Below, piece by piece: positions 9,035 through 16,454 of a DNA stretch of 20,971 bases. Source of the stretch: Thermodesulfovibrionales bacterium (GTDB lineage Bacteria > Nitrospirota > Thermodesulfovibrionia > Thermodesulfovibrionales > UBA6898); the NCBI GenBank assembly GCA_044450345.1, contig JBIOIY010000054.1, positions 1 to 20,971 on the forward strand, given 5' to 3'. How positions within the stretch are numbered: position 1 is the first letter of the stretch; each line of letters starts with the position of its first letter. The position numbers and the translations under genes were made by a program. The notes below the pieces were generated by a model. It was not told the origin of the DNA and searched no databases. It was given only the letters and a program-made list of their open reading frames with translations.

Positions 9035-9883
9035 TTACTGTATGTTCTGGATCTGCTCCCTCATTTTTTCTATCCCGGTCTTCATTTCGACCGTGATGCT
9101 CGACAGTCCGTAGTCAGCTGATTTCGATGCAATCGTATTCACTTCCCTGTTGAGTTCCTGAAGGATGAAGTCCAGCTTTCTCCCTATTATACCACCGGCC
9201 GGGAGGATTTCCCTGAACTGTGCAAGGTGGCTGTCTATCCGTGCGATCTCCTCTGCGATGTCGAGTTTGGCGGCGAATATAGCCGCCTCCTGCAACATGC
9301 GGCCCTCGTCTATCTCCTGTCCCTCCAGAAGAAGCTTCAGCCTTTCATTGAACTTGTCCCTGACTTCTGCGAGCATCTTATCGCAGGACGCCTGGACCTT
9401 TTTGTTGCAGGCACCGAGCTCTTCGGCGATCCCGATAAGTTCTGCGCCGAGCGTGTCGCCTTCCCTGGACCTCATACCGGCGAGGTCATCCAATGCCTGA
9501 GCAAAGATGCCTGCTATGACCTCCAGGTCGTACTTCGGTTTTGTTTCGATGAACATTTCGTGAAGGCCGATGAAGGTATTGATGTCGATCTGGCCCTTCA
9601 CCGAGAGCTCCTCCTGCAGGGATTTAAACGCCTGGTAAATTTTTCTTACGGCCTCCGTATTGATGTTCAGTTCCGCTGAAGCGAGTTCTGATACGGTGAT
9701 GCCGATATCGAATTTTCCTCTCGCGAAACGTTCTTTAATCATGTTCCTGAAGGGTATTTCGAGCTTGTTCAAAAAAGAAGGGGACCTCATAGTAATATCG
9801 AGAAACCTGTGGTTTACCGACCGGATCTCTATCCTGCAGCCGTCCTTCTCTGCGCTGCCGAAGCCTGTCATGCTCTGGACCAT
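9035..9883 (-). CDS. yicC: YicC/YloC family endoribonuclease
   Basis: [38 protein letters not shown] and C-terminal [11 protein letters not shown]. The start is reassigned to ATG 9883 because the TTG at 9922 lies in a predicted -35 box. Confidence 0.93.
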   Translation of the reverse strand: MVQSMTGFGSAEKDGCRIEIRSVNHRFLDITMRSPSFLNKLEIPFRNMIKERFARGKFDIGITVSELASAELNINTEAVRKIYQAFKSLQEELSVKGQIDINTFIGLHEMFIETKPKYDLEVIAGIFAQALDDLAGMRSREGDTLGAELIGIAEELGACNKKVQASCDKMLAEVRDKFNERLKLLLEGQEIDEGRMLQEAAIFAAKLDIAEEIARIDSHLAQFREILPAGGIIGRKLDFILQELNREVNTIASKSADYGLSSITVEMKTGIEKMREQIQNIQ

Positions 9884-9893
9884 AATGGAATAA

Positions 9894-9922
9894 ACTATAG
9901 AACAGTATCCCGATTTAGTCAA
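9894..9922 (-). promoter_or_regulatory. Putative sigma70 promoter for the yicC to accC operon
   Basis: TTGACT (9922-9917), a 17 nt spacer, TATAGT (9899-9894), with an AT-rich tract upstream. Confidence 0.65.
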
Positions 9923-9993
9923 ATCCCATTAAAATTTAAATATATTAATAACTTTGTTGATAAAGATACTAAAAATCTATTAGAATTGAAGTC

Positions 9994-10379
9994 CATAACA
10001 TCCCCTTTGCGGCGCAGGCGTCACCCTCTCACTGGATGGACCTCGTGAAGAAGGTGCAGAAGGCACATTCGTTTGAAGGGCTAAGTTCCTCAACATCATT
10101 TCTCCCTGCAACAGGGGATGGCGGTCGAAGACGAACGACGCGATCACGCTGAGCAGGCTGGCGGTAAACACCTGCTACTGGCCGCTCTACGAGATTGAAA
10201 ACGGGGTGACAAAGGTCACCTTCACCCCGAAGGAGAAATTGCCGATAGCCGATTTCATGAAGCCGCAGGGCAGGTTCAAGCATCTCTTCACCCCCGAGAA
10301 CGGGTGGCTGCTGAAAAAAGTACAGGAAGAAGTCGATGCCGAATGGGAAAAATTACAGAAAGAGGCAAAATGCGGTTGA
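9994..10379 (+). pseudogene. porB: 3' remnant of pyruvate/2-oxoacid:ferredoxin oxidoreductase beta subunit, frameshifted
   Basis: Frame +1 reads HNIPFAAQASPSHWMDLVKKVQKAHSFEG (9994-10080). After a 1-nt deletion, frame +3 reads KFLNIISPCNRGWRS...LAVNTCYWPLYEIENG...MKPQGRFKHLF...EWEKLQKEAKCG* (10083-10379). There is an in-frame TAA at 9970 upstream and no 5' part. Confidence 0.88.
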
Positions 10380-10405
10380 TTAAGCGACGCGACTTGTGAT
10401 ATTTT
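10376..10405 (+). promoter_or_regulatory. Putative promoter of mglBA
   Basis: TTGATT (10376-10381, overlapping the porB stop), an 18 nt spacer, and extended -10 TGaTATTTT (10397-10405), with ATG 9 nt downstream. Confidence 0.4.
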
Positions 10406-10414
10406 GTATGTACC

Positions 10415-10909
10415 ATGAGCGGCTCCGATCTCGTAATGTATGAAGAGGAGTTCAGTAGAATCGATGAAGAACTCCAGCGATTGTACCTGCAGACGAATGC
10501 AAAGGTCGTTTTTTTAGTCGATAAGAATGGCCAGCTGATAGCCTCGGCCGGGGAAACGCACGATATCGATACCACGTCGCTCGCCTCTCTCACCGCAGGC
10601 AATGTCGCGGCCACCGGCGGGATAGCACGGCTCCTCGGCGAGAGGGAGTTCACGATCCTTTTCCATGAGGGCGAAAAAGACAATATCCACATCTCGCTCA
10701 TAGGGCAGAGGATAATCCTGGTGGTCATCTTCGACAGCAGGTCCTCTCTCGGGCTGGTGCGCCTCAGGGTCAAAAAGGTTTCCGAGGCCCTGGTAAAGAT
10801 ATTCAACGATATCACCGCCAAATCCGAGCGCGATAAGGGCGAGGGCAGACCGGACGAATCGCCTTTTGCCGAAATCAGTGATGAAGACATCGACAATCTA
10901 TTCAGGTAG
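10415..10909 (+). CDS. mglB: Roadblock/LC7 GTPase-activating protein MglB
   Basis: LVMYEEEF, VFLVDKNGQLIA, DTTSLASLTAGNVAA.GG, SLGLVRLR and C-terminal SPFAEISDEDIDNLF; directly upstream of mglA. Confidence 0.95.
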   Translation: MSGSDLVMYEEEFSRIDEELQRLYLQTNAKVVFLVDKNGQLIASAGETHDIDTTSLASLTAGNVAATGGIARLLGEREFTILFHEGEKDNIHISLIGQRIILVVIFDSRSSLGLVRLRVKKVSEALVKIFNDITAKSERDKGEGRPDESPFAEISDEDIDNLFR

Positions 10910-10921
10910 GGATCTCACTCA

Positions 10922-11509
10922 GTGTCCTTTATAAATTACTCCTCGCGTGAAATCAATTGCAAGATTGTGTATTACGGCCCCGGACTCTGCGGGAAGACGA
11001 CTAATTTACAATATGTCTATAAGAAAACAAACCCGGACCAGAAGGGTAAGCTGATCTCCCTGGCGACCGAAACAGAGCGGACGCTCTTTTTTGACTTTCT
11101 GCCGCTTGCGCTCGGCGATATCAGGGGGTTCAAGGTGCGGTTCCATCTGTATACGGTACCCGGCCAGGTCTTTTATGCGGCCAGCAGGAAGCTCATCCTG
11201 AAAGGTGTCGACGGGGTCGTATTCGTCGCGGACAGCCAGATCGAGAGGATGGAAGCGAACATGGAGAGTCTTGATGACCTCAGGATCAACCTCGCCGAGC
11301 AGGGGTACGATCTCGACAAGCTTCCCTATACCGTCCAGTACAACAAGAGAGACCTTCCTAATGTCGCTCCCATCGAGAATATGAACAAGCTGCTCAATCC
11401 GAGGAACGTCTCCTCTTTCGAAGCCGTTGCAGTTACGGGACCAGGGGTCTTCGAAACGCTGAAGAACGTTGCGAAACAGGTCCTTGTGGAGCTTAAGAAG
11501 CATTACTAG
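10922..11509 (+). CDS. mglA: Small Ras-like GTPase MglA
   Basis: [29 protein letters not shown]53-T54, TVPGQ82 and NKRD; 195 aa; GTG start. Confidence 0.97.
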   Translation: MSFINYSSREINCKIVYYGPGLCGKTTNLQYVYKKTNPDQKGKLISLATETERTLFFDFLPLALGDIRGFKVRFHLYTVPGQVFYAASRKLILKGVDGVVFVADSQIERMEANMESLDDLRINLAEQGYDLDKLPYTVQYNKRDLPNVAPIENMNKLLNPRNVSSFEAVAVTGPGVFETLKNVAKQVLVELKKHY

Positions 11510-12194
11510 CAAACCCGCCGACCAACTGGTGCTGCCGTTTGGTCTTTCAGAAGAAGCCCTTAGAGGCCATCTCCAAAAAGCCGCGGGGAAAAAAGTTTCC
11601 CTGGCGCTTACCGACAACTCTACCTCAATGATTTCTGCCAGAGCAAAAGACGGCGTTTTGCGTGTCAGGCTTCACCGGATGTTTCTTGCTTCAGACCCGG
11701 ATGTCGTCGAGGAGGTGGCCGCCTTTATCAGGGGAAAAAAGTCGAAGACCCCACTCATCCGGAACTTCATCAAACGGAACAGTCGTTTCGTAAAAAAAGG
11801 CACACAGAAGAAGTTTTCCCTTACACAATTAGGTAAATATCACGACCTGAGGATACCGGCGGCGTCCGTAAATGAAGAATATTTCGGCGGGCGGATAACC
11901 GCTCCGGTTACATGGGGAACAGGACGCCTTGGCCGCGCGGTGAGACGACGGACGCTCGGAAGCTACAGCAGTCACACTAACACCATCAGGATAAACCCGG
12001 TGCTCGATAAGAGATCTGTGCCTTCCTATTTCATAGAGTTCATCATCTATCACGAAATGCTTCACGCTGATTTGGGTATCGAGACCGGCACGAACCGCAG
12101 GTCCGTGCACACCCGTGAGTTCCGGAGGCACGAGAAGATGTTCAAGAAATATGTCGAGGCCCTTGCATGGGAAAAAGATACGCACCTCAACTAG
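11469..12194 (+). CDS. SprT-like / YgjP-like zinc metalloprotein (start uncertain)
   Basis: VNEEYF.G....[22 protein letters not shown] (HExxH from 12051) and downstream H..EF. Confidence 0.85.
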   Translation: MRNRSLWSLRSITSKPADQLVLPFGLSEEALRGHLQKAAGKKVSLALTDNSTSMISARAKDGVLRVRLHRMFLASDPDVVEEVAAFIRGKKSKTPLIRNFIKRNSRFVKKGTQKKFSLTQLGKYHDLRIPAASVNEEYFGGRITAPVTWGTGRLGRAVRRRTLGSYSSHTNTIRINPVLDKRSVPSYFIEFIIYHEMLHADLGIETGTNRRSVHTREFRRHEKMFKKYVEALAWEKDTHLN

Positions 12195-12218
12195 TAAGAC
12201 ACGAGGCTGCATCCGCAG

Positions 12219-12242
12219 CAGGAAGCGGCATGCCGCATCCTG
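12219..12242. repeat. 24-bp near-perfect palindrome between the SprT-like gene and rnhA
   Basis: CAGGA-A-GCGGCATGCCGC-A-TCCTG with one mismatched pair and no U-tract. Confidence 0.6.
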
Positions 12243-12297
12243 TGAGTTGCCCCCGGGATTTTGGAAAATTGTGCCGGGAAAATGTAATATAAAAACA

Positions 12298-12780
12298 ATG
12301 AAAAATACGCAGAAACCATTTGTTGAAATCTATGCCGACGGCGCATGCAGCGGCAATCCCGGCGTGGGCGGCTTCGGTGCAATCCTGAAGTCCGGAGAAA
12401 AGCTTAGAGAGATCTCCGGGTGTGACCCGGAGACGACGAACAACAGGATGGAATTAATGGGGGTGATCTCGGCACTTGAAGCCTTGAAAAAGCCCTGCAG
12501 GGTGAGGGTCACGACTGATTCGACCTATGTGATGAAGGGCATGACCGAGTGGATAGGCACATGGATAAGAAATAACTGGCGGAACTCGCAGAAGAAGGAA
12601 GTACTCAACAGGGACTTGTGGGAGAGACTCCTCAGGGCGACGGAAACACATGAGGTAGACTGGTCCTGGATAAAAGGACATAACGGACATATCGAAAACG
12701 AACGGTGCGACTACCTTGCACGGGAGGAGATAAAGAGGTGCAAAAAATCATCCGGGGGCATGGCGCATGAAAAGGCCTGA
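12298..12780 (+). CDS. rnhA: Ribonuclease HI
   Basis: [31 protein letters not shown] and [15 protein letters not shown]. The start is reassigned to ATG 12298. Confidence 0.96.
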   Translation: MKNTQKPFVEIYADGACSGNPGVGGFGAILKSGEKLREISGCDPETTNNRMELMGVISALEALKKPCRVRVTTDSTYVMKGMTEWIGTWIRNNWRNSQKKEVLNRDLWERLLRATETHEVDWSWIKGHNGHIENERCDYLAREEIKRCKKSSGGMAHEKA

Positions 12781-14047
12781 ACTGCTTGCACCCGCGGGCG
12801 ATTTTGAAAAACTAAGGACCGCCATTCACTACGGCGCCGACGCGGTGTATATCGGAGACTCAAGGTTCAGCCTGAGGGGCAAGGCCGGTAACTTCAGGGA
12901 AGACGAAATGAGGAGTGCCGTGCGGTATGCCCGCGATAAGGGCGCGAAGGTGTATGTGACCGTGAATATCTTTCCCCATAACAGGGACCTGCCGGATATC
13001 GCGGAACATCTTGAAATGCTGAGGGACATTCGTCCCGACGCCGTTATCATGTCCGATCCGGGCGTCTTTGCCATGTTCCGGGAGAGGGCCCCTGAGATCG
13101 ATATCCATATCAGCACCCAGGCAAATGTCACGAACGCCGGCGCGGCAAGATTTTGGGAGCGGCTGGGCGCAAAGAGGATCGTCCTGTCCCGAGAGTTGTC
13201 TATCGACGAGATCGGGGAAATACGACAGGGCACCGGTGTTGAACTCGAAGTCTTCGTCCACGGTTCGATTTGTCTGTCCTATTCGGGCAGATGTTATATC
13301 AGCAGTTTCCTCGCGTCGCGCAGCGCCAACAGGGGCGAGTGTACCAACTCCTGCAGGTGGAACTATCTGCTCGTGGAAGAGAAACGGCAGGGAGAGTATT
13401 TCCCCGTGTATGAGGACGACAGGGGGACATATCTCCTCAGCTCCAGGGACCTCTGCATGATCGGGCATCTCGGTCTTCTTTCAGATGCAGGAATCGACAG
13501 CTTCAAGATAGAGGGCAGGATGAAAGGCATTAATTACGTGGGAGGCGTAGTGAAGGCGTACCGCGAGGCGGTCGACGCGATCGGAGGCCCGCAGGACCGG
13601 AGGACAGAGGAACGATGGATGCGGGGACTTTCTATGTTCAGCAGCAGGGGGTTTACGAGCGGCATGTTCTTCGGACGCCAGCCCGACTCGGATTATAATT
13701 TTGATGAAGAAAGCTACAGGATGAGCCATGAACTCGTAGGGGTCGTCCTTGAAGTGAACGGTGAAGATGGAAAGATAGGCCTGAGGAGCAGGCTGGACAG
13801 GGGAGACCCTGTGGAATTTCTTTCGCGGGGTCTGGAGGAAAAGTTTTTTACGGTGCAATATATGCGCGGCGAAGATAATGTGGACATCGACTCAGCGAGG
13901 AATGAGGATATTGTTTTTTTGAAGGTTCCCGGGGGAGTGAGAAAAAACGACCTGATAAGAAGGGCCAGGAATTCCGGATGCATGAAGATCCCGGGGGAAG
14001 TCGAGAACGGAGCGAAAGACGCGCAAGTGGCGGAGGGGTGCGTATGA
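12767..14047 (+). CDS. Peptidase U32 family protein, TrhP/YegQ-like (probable Fe-S tRNA hydroxylation protein)
   Basis: [21 protein letters not shown], the Cys cluster HGSIC.SYSGRC...[19 protein letters not shown] and a C-terminal domain. Confidence 0.9.
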   Translation: MKRPELLAPAGDFEKLRTAIHYGADAVYIGDSRFSLRGKAGNFREDEMRSAVRYARDKGAKVYVTVNIFPHNRDLPDIAEHLEMLRDIRPDAVIMSDPGVFAMFRERAPEIDIHISTQANVTNAGAARFWERLGAKRIVLSRELSIDEIGEIRQGTGVELEVFVHGSICLSYSGRCYISSFLASRSANRGECTNSCRWNYLLVEEKRQGEYFPVYEDDRGTYLLSSRDLCMIGHLGLLSDAGIDSFKIEGRMKGINYVGGVVKAYREAVDAIGGPQDRRTEERWMRGLSMFSSRGFTSGMFFGRQPDSDYNFDEESYRMSHELVGVVLEVNGEDGKIGLRSRLDRGDPVEFLSRGLEEKFFTVQYMRGEDNVDIDSARNEDIVFLKVPGGVRKNDLIRRARNSGCMKIPGEVENGAKDAQVAEGCV

Positions 14048-14508
14048 AAATGCAGGAAGAAAGGAAAGAAGAGCTCGTCAGGTGTTCGGTCTGTGATGTA
14101 TATCTTGAGGGTGACAAGGGCTTTATCTGTCCCAGGTGCAGGAGAGGCCCGCTCTGCAAGGTCCACAGGGTCCCGCGCAGGAGGGAATGTGCGAGCTGTG
14201 TCTATGAGATGCAGAAGAAGGACCTGAATAACTTAAAGGTTCAGGAGCATAACCTGAAAAGTTTTCTGAGGCTTCTCCAGTTCCTCTTCCTTGTATTTGC
14301 TATTTTCTTTATCGCTCTGAAGACAGGCATACCCGAAGTGTTGGATTCCCTGCGGAGCAGCATTATCATGGACGGGTCAGGATATCTCGGCGGCCTGTCC
14401 GTTGTCGGTTATTTGATCTTTTACTGCATATTATATAACCAGAGGCAAAAGATATCCGAAATGGAAGTAGAGATGAATAAGACGGAGTTCAGAAGGATGA
14501 TAAAGTAA
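14044..14508 (+). CDS. Hypothetical membrane protein with N-terminal Cys/His zinc-finger-like domain
   Basis: ATGA overlap with the U32 stop at 14044-14047; CSVC...CPRC...CKVH...CASC; two hydrophobic segments. Confidence 0.8.
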   Translation: MKMQEERKEELVRCSVCDVYLEGDKGFICPRCRRGPLCKVHRVPRRRECASCVYEMQKKDLNNLKVQEHNLKSFLRLLQFLFLVFAIFFIALKTGIPEVLDSLRSSIIMDGSGYLGGLSVVGYLIFYCILYNQRQKISEMEVEMNKTEFRRMIK

Positions 14509-14534
14509 TACACCCATCCGGGGCATATCGAAAC

Positions 14535-15875
14535 ATGAAGATTTTTTTTTCAGGGATAGGCGGCAGCGGCGTCTCATCTATAGCGGGCTTTATGTCCGAG
14601 AAGGGCCATCAGACAGCGGGTTCGGACCGTCTTTTCGACCTTTATCCCGAACATCAAGTCTGCAGGAAGCTGAAGGAAAAAGGCATTGCCATATTCCCCC
14701 AGGATGGGAGCGGCATCGACGGATCAACCGAGCTTGCGGTATTCAGCACGGCGGTCGAGAAGGACAACCCTGATTTTATAAAGGCGGCGGGACTCGGGGT
14801 CCCCGTCCGGACGCGCCCGCAATATCTCACGGAAATAGTCTCCGGTTTCAGCACCGTTGCGGTCGCAGGCACGAGCGGGAAATCGACGGTATCGGGTATG
14901 CTGGCTTTCTTAATGCAAAGGCTGGGGCTGGGGCCGAATTTTATAGGGGGCGGACGGGTAAAACAATTCAGGACGCGCGGGAACCCGGGCAATTTCCTGA
15001 CCGGTCCTTCCGACACGCTTGTGGTGGAGGCCTGTGAATCCGACGGTACCCTTGTGGACTATATGCCGTCCTGCACTATTATCTCCAACCTCGACCTTGA
15101 CCATCATTCTGTTGAGGAGACGGGCCGCATGTTCGAACGGCTGGCGGAAAATACCTCGGGGGTTGTGGTGACGGGCGGCGACGACGGGAACCTTGCTGCC
15201 TGCCGGATAAGAAATTCGGTGAGGTTTTCGATACAGAGAGAATCAGAGTATCGCGCGACAGATATCGAATATCGTCAACTAAAGACGGCCTTCAGGCTCG
15301 GGGGAAGACGGCTCGAAGTTTCTCTTCCCGGAATGCACAACCTCTATAATGCGCTGGCGTGTATCGCGTTGTTGTCGGAACTGGGCATTTCCATAGAGAA
15401 GGTCGCGGCGGTCCTTCCTCATTTCACCGGAATCGAGAGAAGGTTCGATGTCCACCTGGATGACGGAAGGCATCTCGTGGTGGATGATTATGCCCACAAC
15501 CCCCATAAGATCCTCAGCCTCATGCTGACGATGCAGACGCTGAGCAAAAAGGTATGTTACCTATTCCAGCCCCACGGTTACGGACCGACACGGCTGATGA
15601 GGGACGGATATATCAGGACGTTTTCCGAGCTGCTGAGACCGTCTGATGCCCTTTTCCTCCTGCCTATCTACTACGCCGGCGGCACTGCTGCGAAGGACAT
15701 TTCGAGCCGGGACATCGCCGAGGGGGTCAAGGCCTCGGGCCGTTCCGTCTCGGTCCTGGAAGGCCGTGAGGAGATCTTCGGTCTGCTCGGGAAATGGGAT
15801 AGTCATGTGGTGTTCGGCGCAAGGGACGACTCCCTCTCTGATTATGCAGAGGAGATAGCCGGGAGATTGAGGTGA
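14535..15875 (+). CDS. Stand-alone MurC-like Mur ligase
   Basis: GIGGSGVS, AVAGTSGKST, EACESDG, NLDLDHH, PGMHNLYNA, GIERRF, DDYAHNP and FQPHGY motifs; not in a dcw cluster. Confidence 0.9.
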   Translation: MKIFFSGIGGSGVSSIAGFMSEKGHQTAGSDRLFDLYPEHQVCRKLKEKGIAIFPQDGSGIDGSTELAVFSTAVEKDNPDFIKAAGLGVPVRTRPQYLTEIVSGFSTVAVAGTSGKSTVSGMLAFLMQRLGLGPNFIGGGRVKQFRTRGNPGNFLTGPSDTLVVEACESDGTLVDYMPSCTIISNLDLDHHSVEETGRMFERLAENTSGVVVTGGDDGNLAACRIRNSVRFSIQRESEYRATDIEYRQLKTAFRLGGRRLEVSLPGMHNLYNALACIALLSELGISIEKVAAVLPHFTGIERRFDVHLDDGRHLVVDDYAHNPHKILSLMLTMQTLSKKVCYLFQPHGYGPTRLMRDGYIRTFSELLRPSDALFLLPIYYAGGTAAKDISSRDIAEGVKASGRSVSVLEGREEIFGLLGKWDSHVVFGARDDSLSDYAEEIAGRLR

Positions 15876-15907
15876 GGGCTAAGGTCATGCTGAGTGGGCC
15901 CTTTGTG
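15745..15907 (+). repeat. Direct repeat copy 1 (3' end of the murC-like gene plus about 30 nt downstream)
   Basis: Ungapped match to 19639-19801, with about 30 mismatches in 163 bp by manual count. Confidence 0.9.
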
Positions 15908-16016
15908 TTGTTGATCGGCTGCACCGCATTGACACTATTTTGATAGGGTAACAATTACCGCTCGAACCCGGTGTGTCATCGATGGCGGCTGTGTTAACGG
16001 TTTAGTGACATATCCT

Positions 16017-16046
16017 GCCGGTTGCATATGCATTACGGCTTTTTTT
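16017..16046 (+). terminator. Possible intrinsic terminator after the murC-like gene
   Basis: GCCG-gt-TGC-atat-GCA-tta-CGGC followed by T7; the stem is interrupted. Confidence 0.3.
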
Positions 16047-16454
16047 GTATTTTCGTCGGGCATCTGTTGATAGACGTACCACTGACTTATCGAGAATCTT
16101 CCTGATCCGGCGACGCAGTACCCCCGGCGCCATTGATTTCAAAATGCTATTTCCGAATCCCTCTCCCAATAAAGCTACAAAGAAAACGGGTGACAGAGGT
16201 CTTGAAAGGTGAGATAATTTACACAAGCAGATATTCCGAAAGCGGCAAGGTGTGATAAATATACCGTTGAGAATATAAAAAGGGTTTCCCACCGGTATTT
16301 TACAAGACTGGGAATGAGGTCACGCAAAAGGCCGTGAGGACAAAGATATTGATATGACTTCCGCAACTCAGAAAACTCCAGCGCATTCAAGACATCTTCT
16401 CTCTTCAATGGGAGGAACTATCACGCAGGGCTGCACGCAATTGCGGAGAATGCC

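Noticed and set aside
1142..9893. Many plus-strand ORFs, such as 1370..1972, 6345..7076 and 6526..7296
   Set aside because: They are antisense shadows of well-supported minus-strand genes and have no recognisable motifs.
10078..10085. Programmed frameshifting in the porB remnant (and the catalase remnant)
   Set aside because: There is no slippery heptamer, and both genes are also heavily truncated, so decay or a sequencing indel is simpler.
9990..10380. Riboswitch or ncRNA upstream of mglB, suggested by the GGGGTGA...TCACCCC hairpin near 10203-10228
   Set aside because: The region translates as a PorB C-terminus, and no riboswitch consensus was recognised.
12115..12297. N-terminal extension of RNase HI in the ORF track
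   Set aside because: It overlaps the SprT-like gene, shows no RNase H similarity, and contains the predicted promoter. ATG 12298 is preferred.
16002..16408. Minus-strand ORFs of 96 and 77 aa, and a GGTCACGCA motif recalling a c-di-GMP riboswitch
   Set aside because: There are no recognisable protein features, and the GCAAAC/GAAA riboswitch core is absent.
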